This document shows positions 19,998-28,308 of a DNA stretch of 37,302 nt, piece by piece. How positions within the stretch are numbered: position 1 is the first letter of the stretch; every line of letters starts with the position of its first letter. Below the pieces are notes generated by a model, which was not told where the DNA came from, ran no database searches, and saw nothing but the letters and a program-made list of their open reading frames with translations. Both the position numbers and the translations under genes were made by a program. Source of the stretch: an uncultured Sutterella sp. (GTDB lineage Bacteria; Pseudomonadota; Gammaproteobacteria; Burkholderiales; Burkholderiaceae_F); NCBI GenBank assembly GCA_964624425.1, contig CAZUXQ010000001.1, positions 1 through 37,302 of the forward strand. The letters run 5' to 3'.

Positions 19998-20388
19998 GGG
20001 CGCAGAGAAGCCCGCTTCGACGGCAAGGAGCTTGCAGTCGATCGGCGGCCGGCCTTATTCGGATCTCGGCAAATTTGCCGGGGAGGAGGCGCAGGCGTTC
20101 TGCGAGGCAGTCTGGGAGCTGCGCAGGATCGGCGCGGACGTCATGCAGAAAAAGCAGGAAGAATCCGCTGAAATGTCAAAAAGAGCCGGCTCGGCATTCA
20201 GCGGATTCCCAAAGGGGCGCGATTGTGCATCGGCTCCGGGAATGGGGCGTTCTTTGGCCGACAGCCGGACTTTCGGCAGCGGACCGAATCAATTGGGATT
20301 TTCAATCGTTCGGCTCAGCTTCCGAGAAGACGAACGCCGGCAGCCGTTCGGATGGGCGCCGGCCGTGAGCGTGATGCCGATGCCTCCT

Positions 20389-21117
20389 TCATCGATCTGC
20401 TTCATCAGGGTTTGGCCCTTCGGCTTGAATTTCGCTTCGACGGGCGCGCGCTTGGCTGCGCATGTCTTCGACGTCGATGCCGAGCTGGCGAATCTTTCGG
20501 TAGAGGTGCGTGCGCTCCATTCCTGCATGACGCGAGAGATTGGCAACCGAGTAATTGACGAAATCAAGCACCGTCGTAAAGTACGCACGCTCGAATTCGA
20601 GGAGCACGTCTCGGAACGGACGATTGAAGTCGAGGAGAAGGCCGTATTCCGGAAGCCTGAATATCGGCAGCTTCTGCCGAGCTTCCGCGTGCTTTTGACT
20701 GAGGCATGATCCTGAGTCTGTGCGCGCCTCTTCGGCAAGGCGCTGCTGGTCCTTCCATTTGAGGATCGCGAGCTCGATGGCCGTCAAAAGCTTCTTGAGC
20801 GAAATCGGCTTCTCAAGGAAGTCGACCGCTCCCTGCTGCAGGGCCTGTTTGGCAAAGTCGATCGTGGCGTGCCCGGACATCATGATGACCGGAAAGGCGG
20901 CGAGATGACGCTGCTTCCATTCGGTCAGCATCTTCAGGCCGTCTTTTCCGGGCATCCAAATATCGACCAGCGCAAGCGCAAATTGCCGGCTTTCAACCAG
21001 CTGAGTCGCCTCATCGGCGCTGCCGGCCGAGAAAACATAGTATCCGGCTTCACGCAGAATTTCAGAGAGAACGTTTCGAATGCCGAGTTCGTCGTCGACT
21101 ACAAGGATGTCAAGCAT
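20389..21117 (-). CDS. ntrX: NtrX-like response regulator (REC + Fis-type HTH, no AAA+ domain)
   Basis: ILVVDDE, VDIWMPG, MMSGHAT and FLEKP, then directly FERAYF...AGMERTHLYRKI. Confidence 0.85.
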   Translation of the reverse strand: MLDILVVDDELGIRNVLSEILREAGYYVFSAGSADEATQLVESRQFALALVDIWMPGKDGLKMLTEWKQRHLAAFPVIMMSGHATIDFAKQALQQGAVDFLEKPISLKKLLTAIELAILKWKDQQRLAEEARTDSGSCLSQKHAEARQKLPIFRLPEYGLLLDFNRPFRDVLLEFERAYFTTVLDFVNYSVANLSRHAGMERTHLYRKIRQLGIDVEDMRSQARARRSEIQAEGPNPDEADR

Positions 21118-23399
21118 GTTGGAATTTGCTGCGCTGCAGGTTGTTCGGCTGAAAGCTGCCTGAAGAAGATTTCGACTTTCGCGCCCAGCACCAAAAGGCC
21201 GCTTGAGTCGAAGCGGTTCGACAGCTCAATGACGCCCTGGTGCTCGTCGATGATTTTCTTGACCATCGGCAGGCCCAGGCCTGTGCCCGTTTCTTTTGTC
21301 GTTACGTAAGGCTCGAAAGCCCGCGAGAGAATCTCCTCGCTGAACCCGACGCCGTCGTCTGTTACGGACAGCGCTACTGCGCTCACGCCGTCTTTGCCTC
21401 CTACTGCTCTCGTCGACAAAGTGATTGCAGGCAGATCTCCTTCGGCAGCGTCGATGCTGTTGGAAATCAAATTATGCAGTACCTGTCGGAGCTGCGCCGC
21501 GTCGCCGAGGATTTTCGGAAGATCCGGACTCAGACTGAGGCGGATGGGCGTGCCGGCGGCTTCATACAAAGCCGCGTTCTCCCGAATGAATGCGTTCAGA
21601 TCAACCGATTCCAGCTTGGCGGCAGGCAGCTTCGCGTATTTGCGGAAGTCGTTCGCCATCTGCTTGAGGGCATCGACCTGCGTCGTGATCGTCTCGATCG
21701 ATCTGTGAAGGAGCTCCGCGTCCGCATCGTCTTCGAGCTTGGACTCAAGCTTCATCTCGAGTCTTTCGGCGGCGAGGCGAATGGGCGTGAGAGGGTTCTT
21801 GATTTCGTGAGCGAGGCGTCGGGCGACTTCGCCCCAGGCTGTGGCGCGCTGCGCGGTCATGAGCTGCGAGACGTCGTCGAAAACGACCACCAAGCCCTTG
21901 ACGTTCTTCTCGAGGGCGATCGAAGAGATTTTCATGAAGAGAGGCGTGCCGCCTGTTCCGCCGCTTCCGTTCTTCAGTTCGAATTCAAAGCCGATGGTCG
22001 TCTCCTTGCCGAAGTCGAGCGCCGCCTGCGCGTTCTTGACGGCGGCGATGAGTTCCGGCATCCGCTTGGCGAGCGGCGTTTCGGGCCGGCAAAGCTCCTT
22101 GCCGAGAATCGCCTCGGCCGCAGGATTGGAGGAGACGGGCTTGTATTTCTGGTTCAAAACGATCACGCCCGAAGAAATGTTGCCGAGGATGCGTTCGAGA
22201 TGAGCTTGAGCGAGTTCGGCATTCCGGCGCTGTTCGTCGATGGCTCTTCTCGACTGCGAAATTTCGCGGATCATGTTGTTGAAGGACTTCGTGAGCACGT
22301 TAATTTCGCTGCTGCCGGCGAATTCGCGAATGGGCTGGAAGTTGCCGTCCGCAACGCGGCGCGTGCCTTGTTCGAGCTGCCGCACGGGTTCCGTATTTTT
22401 GCGCGCGCAGGCGATGGCGGCTGCAATGGCCCCGAATGCGGCGAGAAGGAGAACGAGGAAGAGCGTGCCCGCGTAAATGCTTTGAAGCGCCGAACGCGAG
22501 AGAACGAGCGTTTGATAGTCGCGGTAGCCGTTCACGAGTTCCGCGGCTTTGCGCGTGATGCCGGAGCCGACGGGCTGAATGACCTGCAGGAAGAGCTTCG
22601 CGCGCTGCGGCTGGATGGGAAGAAGTCCCGCCGCAAGATCCCCTTGTTCGCCGTCATCCGGATTGTCCGTCGTTCCGGCTTCAGGAATCGGCACGATGAC
22701 GCGGATGGCGAGCGCGCTTTGCGTCGTGATTTCGTCGGGATTGTCCAGCGCGTCGCCGTCGATCACGCTGTAGATCCCGGACGAACGAACGGTTTGGAGC
22801 TGCATCGACGTGGGCAGATCCGGAAGCATGACGTTGAAGCGCGAGCCTGCGGCGGCCAACGCGGTGCCGTTTCCCATGAAGACCAGCGCTTCCATGTTCG
22901 GATGCCCCTTGAGAAGCTGCATGAGGTCGCTCATGAGGAGCGAAGCCGGCGTGCTGGAGAGCATCTCGGCCATATGCCTGGCCGTCGTCTCCGTTTGCGT
23001 CTGCTGCTGCGAAAGAATGCCGCGCGTGATCGCGACGCCGGCGTCGAGCGCCTTTTCAACCCTTACGTCGAACCAGGAATCGATCGAGCGGGAAATGAAG
23101 GCGGCCGACACCCAATAAATCATCGTGCAGGGAATGAGCGCGAGAAGCCCCATGGCGACGGCCAGCTTCAAAGTCATGCGGGCGCCGAACTCGCGGCGGC
23201 GGAAGCGCTGCAGCAGCTTCAGAAGCATCGCGGTCACGATCGCGAAGAGCAAAACGGCGATCACCCGGTTGATGATGTTGAGAACCGGGAACCAATGCTC
23301 GAAGAGCCTCGAGTCCGAGCTCGTCGCGGCGAGTCCGAAGAGCGACAGCCCGGCGGCGGCCAGCGTCAGAATGAAGGCGTAGCGAAGCCAGTGCATCAC
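21099..23399 (-). CDS. ntrY: NtrY-like sensor histidine kinase (TM-HAMP-PAS-HisKA-HATPase)
   Basis: ISRSIDSWF, HAMP domain, H-box AWGEVARRLAHEIKNPLTPI, N-box LHNLISNS, and FEPYVTTKETGTGLGL. Confidence 0.9.
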   Translation of the reverse strand: MMHWLRYAFILTLAAAGLSLFGLAATSSDSRLFEHWFPVLNIINRVIAVLLFAIVTAMLLKLLQRFRRREFGARMTLKLAVAMGLLALIPCTMIYWVSAAFISRSIDSWFDVRVEKALDAGVAITRGILSQQQTQTETTARHMAEMLSSTPASLLMSDLMQLLKGHPNMEALVFMGNGTALAAAGSRFNVMLPDLPTSMQLQTVRSSGIYSVIDGDALDNPDEITTQSALAIRVIVPIPEAGTTDNPDDGEQGDLAAGLLPIQPQRAKLFLQVIQPVGSGITRKAAELVNGYRDYQTLVLSRSALQSIYAGTLFLVLLLAAFGAIAAAIACARKNTEPVRQLEQGTRRVADGNFQPIREFAGSSEINVLTKSFNNMIREISQSRRAIDEQRRNAELAQAHLERILGNISSGVIVLNQKYKPVSSNPAAEAILGKELCRPETPLAKRMPELIAAVKNAQAALDFGKETTIGFEFELKNGSGGTGGTPLFMKISSIALEKNVKGLVVVFDDVSQLMTAQRATAWGEVARRLAHEIKNPLTPIRLAAERLEMKLESKLEDDADAELLHRSIETITTQVDALKQMANDFRKYAKLPAAKLESVDLNAFIRENAALYEAAGTPIRLSLSPDLPKILGDAAQLRQVLHNLISNSIDAAEGDLPAITLSTRAVGGKDGVSAVALSVTDDGVGFSEEILSRAFEPYVTTKETGTGLGLPMVKKIIDEHQGVIELSNRFDSSGLLVLGAKVEIFFRQLSAEQPAAQQIPTCLTSL

Positions 23400-23402
23400 G
23401 GC

Positions 23403-24020
23403 TCAGTCCTCTTCGCCGGCGCCGCCTTCCGCGACCTCGGGCGGAATTTCGATCGACTGCCAGGGCGACTCGATGGTCCAGTCGGCGGAGTCGTGCGTCG
23501 TTGCCTGCATCGGCTTGGGAAGCTTGCTCGTGTCGAGGAGGAACCGAATATTGGCTTCGAATCCTTCCCTGCTCGCGACGGCGCTGCTGGAGGCGACGCG
23601 CCAGCGGCGGATGTTCTTGATGAACGGCAGCGCCTGCTCGAGCGTGTCGAACCAGAGCGAGAGCCCGTTGTAGGCGACGGCGTAGCGGCGCGTGAGCGGG
23701 TTGAACGCCAGGCGGATGATGAACGTATTGGACGCGACGGCTTTGTCGAACCAGTACCAGCGCGTCTTCACGAGTGAAAATTCATGCGCGAAGTAGAGCG
23801 CAATCCCGCGGTGAAGCGCGTCGATCAGGGGCTGCGGAATATCGAATTCGTAATGCGCGGCGACGAAGAGGCCCGGACGCTCGCCGGGTTCGTCGCGCGT
23901 AATTTCGGCGGCCATGAGCGTCGCTTCCGCGGCCGAGGCGCGCTGCGCTGCGCCTGCGGTCAGAAGAACGGCTGCGGCGAAGAAGGCGGCGTGCTTTAGA
24001 AAATCGAGTGCGCGGCGCAT
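23403..24020 (-). CDS. DUF4390 domain exported protein
   Basis: Signal peptide (ASA-A), ALHRGIALYF, RWYWFD, FNPLTRRY and LDTSKLPKP. Conserved position between rsmB and ntrY. Confidence 0.85.
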   Translation of the reverse strand: MRRALDFLKHAAFFAAAVLLTAGAAQRASAAEATLMAAEITRDEPGERPGLFVAAHYEFDIPQPLIDALHRGIALYFAHEFSLVKTRWYWFDKAVASNTFIIRLAFNPLTRRYAVAYNGLSLWFDTLEQALPFIKNIRRWRVASSSAVASREGFEANIRFLLDTSKLPKPMQATTHDSADWTIESPWQSIEIPPEVAEGGAGEED

Positions 24021-24035
24021 GGCGGTCGGCGGCGA

Positions 24036-25403
24036 TTAGGCCTCTTTCTCAAGAAGTGCGTAGAAGAAGCCGTCGTGGACTTCAGGAAGCGTTTCGTTCG
24101 GCCCCGAAGCCGCGGCTTCCGCGCGGTTCTTCCGCGCATCCGTCGGAATCAGGATCATCATGCCTTCGCATCCCCTGCGCAGAGGCGTCAGCTTCGCATC
24201 GGGATGCGCTTCGAGAAAGCGCCTGACCTGCATGGAGCCTTCTTCCGGGAAGATCGAGCAGGTGCAGAAAAGAAGCCTGCCGCCCGGCCGAACGACGCGC
24301 CAGAGCGAATCGAGGAGCGCGCGCTGCTTCTCGGCAAGCGATGCAATGTCGCCGGGCTGGCGCGACCAAGGCACGTCGGGCTGCCGCCGCACGATGCCGC
24401 TGGCCGTGCAGGGCGCGTCGAGCAGAACGGCGTCGTAGGGCTTTTTGTCCCACCAGCTTTCGAGGTCGGCGGCGTCCGCCGTCCGGACGTTTGCCGAAAG
24501 TCCGAGGCGCTTCAGGGTCGATTCGATGAGGCGCGTGCGCTTGGCGTCTATTTCGAGCGCATCGACGGAAACGTCGAATCTCTCGAGGATGTGCGCCGCC
24601 TTTCCGCCGGGCGCAGCGCAGGCGTCGAGCACGCGGCTCTTCGGTTCGGGGCGCAGAAGGCCGGCGGCGAGCTGCGCGCCTGCATCCTGAACGGAGACGA
24701 GGCCGAGATTGAAGCCCGGAACTTCGTGAACGGGGCAGGGCTTCTCGAGAACGACGCCGTCTTCGCCGACTTCCATGGCGGCAATGCCGGCTTTCTCAAG
24801 ATGCTTCATGTATTCGGCGCGTTCGATGCGGCGGCGGTTGACGCGAAGCGTCATAGGCGGATGCTCGGCCGCCAAGGAAAGAATGGACCGCCAGCATTCG
24901 GGATGGTCCTTTTTGACTCTTTCGATCCACCACGAAGGCGCATTGAAGCGCACGCTCTCGTCGTCCTTCAAAGACGCGAGAATGCCTTCTCCTTCGCGCA
25001 GGATTCTGCGAAGGACGGCGTTTGCAAGTCCGGCATAGCGCGCCGTCTTTGGGTTCGTCCTCAGCGCGCGGACCGTCTGGTCGAGAAGCGCGTAGTTCTT
25101 GTAGGCACCCGCAAAAAGAAGCGCGATGGAGACGCGGATGAGGTCGGCCGCAAGGCCGCCCGGGGACATCGCGACGAGCTTGCCGAAGACGGCTTCGCTC
25201 AGCGCGCGCCTGCGCTCGCCGGCGTAGAGAATGGACTGAACGGCGGCCTTCGCCTTGGGCGGAAGATCTGCCGAGACGGCGTCGATGGCCGCCGGCAGCG
25301 AAAGTCCGTCCAGGCGCATCTTCTGTTCCGCATCGGCCGCGCGAAGAAGCAGCGTCGAAAGTGCGAGCTGCCCTTCCCGGGAGGAACGCTGAACGGCTCT
25401 CAT
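24036..25403 (-). CDS. rsmB: 16S rRNA m5C967 methyltransferase RsmB
   Basis: NusB-like N-terminus (NAVLR), SVQDAGAQ, LDACAAPGGK, DAPCTASG, TCSIF and HDGFFYALL. ATGA overlap with fmt. Confidence 0.95.
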   Translation of the reverse strand: MRAVQRSSREGQLALSTLLLRAADAEQKMRLDGLSLPAAIDAVSADLPPKAKAAVQSILYAGERRRALSEAVFGKLVAMSPGGLAADLIRVSIALLFAGAYKNYALLDQTVRALRTNPKTARYAGLANAVLRRILREGEGILASLKDDESVRFNAPSWWIERVKKDHPECWRSILSLAAEHPPMTLRVNRRRIERAEYMKHLEKAGIAAMEVGEDGVVLEKPCPVHEVPGFNLGLVSVQDAGAQLAAGLLRPEPKSRVLDACAAPGGKAAHILERFDVSVDALEIDAKRTRLIESTLKRLGLSANVRTADAADLESWWDKKPYDAVLLDAPCTASGIVRRQPDVPWSRQPGDIASLAEKQRALLDSLWRVVRPGGRLLFCTCSIFPEEGSMQVRRFLEAHPDAKLTPLRRGCEGMMILIPTDARKNRAEAAASGPNETLPEVHDGFFYALLEKEA

Positions 25404-26356
25404 TGAAGCACCTCGCCCTTGGCGATCTTGAGACTCTGGAGGAAAGACTGCGCGGGCATCTTGCCTTTGCCCGGGCGCTGAAGCATCTTGGCTTCCAGAG
25501 CGCCTTCGCCGCAGGCGACGACGAGTCTTTTGCCGGCTTCAAGCACTTCGCCCGGCTGTCCAGAGCCTTCGGCCGCGGCTGCATCGATAAGCTTGACCGC
25601 GAGATCTTCGCGCATGAAATGGAGGCCCGGGAAAGGCGTAAAGGCGCGCAGGCGCCGAGCGATCGTCTCGGCGCTTTCCTGCCAGCAGATTCTGCTTTCG
25701 GACTTCAGAAGCTTTTCGGCGTAGGTCGCGCCTTCTTCGGGCTGAGGAATCCAGTCGAGTTCGTCGGGCGCTTCAAGCGCTTCAGTCAAAAGTTCGGCGC
25801 CGATGCCGGCGAGCCGTTCGGTGAGCGAGAGAGTCGTATCTTCAGGCCTGATCGGCGTTTTGCGGATGCGGATCATCGGACCGGCGTCGAGGCCGAGCTC
25901 CATTTTCATGAGCGTGACGCCCGTTTCGGCGTCGCCCGCTTCGATTGCGCGCGAAACAGGCGCCGCGCCGCGCCAGCGCGGCAGGAGGCTTGCGTGAATG
26001 TTGACGGCTTTGATGTCTTGATTTTTGCCGATTCCCTTGGCGCAGTCGAGAACGGGCTGCGGCAGGATGAGGCCGTAGGCCGCGACGATCATGACGTCGG
26101 CTTCGATCTCCCTGAGCATCTTGTGCATCTCGGCGCTCGCTGCGGGCGCCTTCCTGAGGCTCAGCGTTTCGGGCGTCGCGACTTTGAGGCCATGGCTCAG
26201 CGCCAGCTTCTTGACGGGGCTTGCCGCGAGCTTCATGCCGCGGCCGCTCGGGCGGTCGGGCTGCGAGAGAGCGAGCGCGATTTCGTGTCCGGCGTCGATC
26301 AATGCGCTGAGCGCGACGGCCGCGAACTGCGGGGTGCCTGCAAAAATAATCTTCAT
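25400..26356 (-). CDS. fmt: Methionyl-tRNA formyltransferase
   Basis: IIFAGTPQFA, QPDRPSGRG, VAAYGLILP and NIHASLLPRWRGAAP. Confidence 0.97.
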   Translation of the reverse strand: MKIIFAGTPQFAAVALSALIDAGHEIALALSQPDRPSGRGMKLAASPVKKLALSHGLKVATPETLSLRKAPAASAEMHKMLREIEADVMIVAAYGLILPQPVLDCAKGIGKNQDIKAVNIHASLLPRWRGAAPVSRAIEAGDAETGVTLMKMELGLDAGPMIRIRKTPIRPEDTTLSLTERLAGIGAELLTEALEAPDELDWIPQPEEGATYAEKLLKSESRICWQESAETIARRLRAFTPFPGLHFMREDLAVKLIDAAAAEGSGQPGEVLEAGKRLVVACGEGALEAKMLQRPGKGKMPAQSFLQSLKIAKGEVLQ

Positions 26357-26491
26357 GCTCTAAATGATGTTGTGCGGTAAGGCCGAAGCTGAAATTCTAA
26401 AGGTTTTGGCCTTTCCGCAGGCGAGCCGATTAAATTGAGGGCATCAGGAAGCTTTTGTTTCGAAAGACGCCGAAAATTTCAGGAGACTTTA

Positions 26492-27391
26492 ATGCGCAAG
26501 GAAGTTTTGACGAGCCGCGGACTCAAAATCGCCTATCGCCGCTGCGGCGATGCGGGAGCTCCTGCAGTCCTGCTTCTGATGGGACTCGGCATGCCTATGG
26601 ATGCTTGGCCGCCCGCCTTGATTTCGGGTCTCTTGGCGGAAGGCTTTCAAGTCGTTGCGCCCGACAATCGAGACAGCGGCGAGTCGTCGAGAATTTCCTC
26701 CTGGTGCGTGTCTCGAAGGGAGCTCGTCCTTTCGATTCTGAAGTTTCTTGCCGGCCGCCGCGTGACCGGCGAATATGCGCTCGAAGACATGGCGCTCGAC
26801 GCGGAGAGGCTTTTGGACGGACTCGCCATCCGCCGCGCGCATGTCGTCGGCTTTTCTTTGGGCGGGATGATTGCGCAGGTTTTCGCCTGTCAATGTCCGA
26901 ATCGCGCCGCGACGCTTGTCTCGATTTCGTCGGCGGTCGGGAACCCGAAGACGGGGCTGGGGAGAATCGGCGCCGTTCTCAGTATTCTTCGCGGCGGAAG
27001 CGGGAACGCCGCAGCCGCTCAGGCCGACATGCTTCGGCTTCTGACGGCGCTTGCGGGAGACAAATATCCGCCCGATCCCAAAGACGCGGCCGAATTCTTC
27101 GAGCGCGCGGGCGAAGTCCGCTTCGAGCAGGAAGCGGCGGCGCGCCAGATTCTCGCGATGCTGGCAAGCGGCAACCGCGCCCGGCAGGTGAAGGAAATTC
27201 GGGCGCCCGCGCTGGTCATCCACGGTAAGGCTGATCCGCTTCTTCCCGCCGCGGCCGGGCTCGAAACGGCAAGCCTCATCCCGAACTCGAAAATCAAGCT
27301 CATTGAGGGACTCGGCCATTCGCTGCCGCCGGTTCTGATGCCTCAGTATGCCGCCTGGATCGCCGCGCATTGCCGCGCTCATCCGGCATAG
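26492..27391 (+). CDS. Alpha/beta fold hydrolase (esterase-like)
   Basis: LLMGLG, DNRDSGES, nucleophile GFSLGG, HGKADPL (Asp) and GLGHSLP (His). AGGAG RBS before ATG 26492. Confidence 0.9.
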   Translation: MRKEVLTSRGLKIAYRRCGDAGAPAVLLLMGLGMPMDAWPPALISGLLAEGFQVVAPDNRDSGESSRISSWCVSRRELVLSILKFLAGRRVTGEYALEDMALDAERLLDGLAIRRAHVVGFSLGGMIAQVFACQCPNRAATLVSISSAVGNPKTGLGRIGAVLSILRGGSGNAAAAQADMLRLLTALAGDKYPPDPKDAAEFFERAGEVRFEQEAAARQILAMLASGNRARQVKEIRAPALVIHGKADPLLPAAAGLETASLIPNSKIKLIEGLGHSLPPVLMPQYAAWIAAHCRAHPA

Positions 27392-27404
27392 CCTTCCGGG
27401 AAAA

Positions 27405-27436
27405 GCAAAGAGCGTCCCGTTCGAGACGCTCTTTGC
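27405..27436. terminator. Hairpin between the convergent hydrolase and def genes, likely a terminator
   Basis: Perfect 12-bp stem GCAAAGAGCGTC / GACGCTCTTTGC with an 8-nt loop. AAAA at 27401-27404 gives a U-tract on the minus (def) strand. Confidence 0.7.
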
Positions 27437-27461
27437 CGTCGGCCGACGCGCCGGAGGAAGC

Positions 27462-27980
27462 CTAATCCTTCTTTTTCTTTTCTTCGCGGCGCAGCTTGCG
27501 AAGCTTCGTGCAGGCGCGGTCCTTCTTGAGGCGGCTCAGGCGATCGATGAAGACCGTGCCGTTCAGATGGTCGGTCTCGTGCTGCACGCAGACGGCCAGA
27601 AGGCCCGAAGCATGAAATTCAATGGGAGCGCCGCTGAGGTCCCGAGCCTGAACCCTTACTTCGCGCGGGCGCGCCACATGCTCGTAGAGGCCCTTGAGCG
27701 AGAGGCATCCTTCTTCGCGGCTGACTTCCTCGCTGCTTCGCCACACGATTTCCGGATTGACCAGAACGCGCAGATCATTGCCTTCTTCGGAAATGTCGAT
27801 GACGACGATGCGCTTGAGAACGCCGACCTGATTGGCTGCGAGCCCCACGCCGGGGGCCGCGTACATGGTTTCGGCCATGTCGGCGGCGAGCTGCTTGAGT
27901 TCGTCGTTGAACTCGGCGACCGCTTCAGCCGTCGCCGCCAGAATCGGATGCGGATATTGAAGAATCTTCAGTTTTGCCAC
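27462..27980 (-). CDS. def: Peptide deformylase
   Basis: GVGLAANQVG, EGCLS and QHETDHLNG. GTG start. Confidence 0.97.
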   Translation of the reverse strand: MAKLKILQYPHPILAATAEAVAEFNDELKQLAADMAETMYAAPGVGLAANQVGVLKRIVVIDISEEGNDLRVLVNPEIVWRSSEEVSREEGCLSLKGLYEHVARPREVRVQARDLSGAPIEFHASGLLAVCVQHETDHLNGTVFIDRLSRLKKDRACTKLRKLRREEKKKKD

Positions 27981-28308
27981 GAATGCGTCCTCGTTGAGAG
28001 TGCGGGCCGCCCCGTCGGCGCATTTCGAAATCGAGCGCCGACTGCGAGCTCGCGGTGCAGGCGCGCTTGATTATAAATAGAGCGCGCAGCTGCGGCGGCC
28101 AAGCGCTTTCGACAGGCGCCGAAGCTGCCGGCGGCGATCGAGGGGAGGCCGAAACTCTACATCGACGAAAAACAATGACATAATGCGCTCGTTTTGCGGA
28201 ACGCATTGTCTATCGGAGCTTCGCCGCACCGCTCGCTGCGGCGGCATGTCCCGCAAACGCTTTTGAACGCTGCGGCCGCGGATCGGCGGCTTTGGAGAAG
28301 GAACACAC

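Noticed and set aside
20032-20709. 225-aa ORF preceded by AAGGAG
   Set aside because: The SD is only 1 nt from the TTG, about half the ORF is antisense to ntrX, and there are no motifs.
21240-23777. 845-aa plus-strand ORF
   Set aside because: Antisense shadow of ntrY and DUF4390 with no domain signal.
28100-28170. Glycine-riboswitch-like fragments (CGCCGAAG, GAAACTCT) upstream of topB
   Set aside because: The GGAGA and CTCTCAGG elements and the required stems are missing, and the gene context does not fit.
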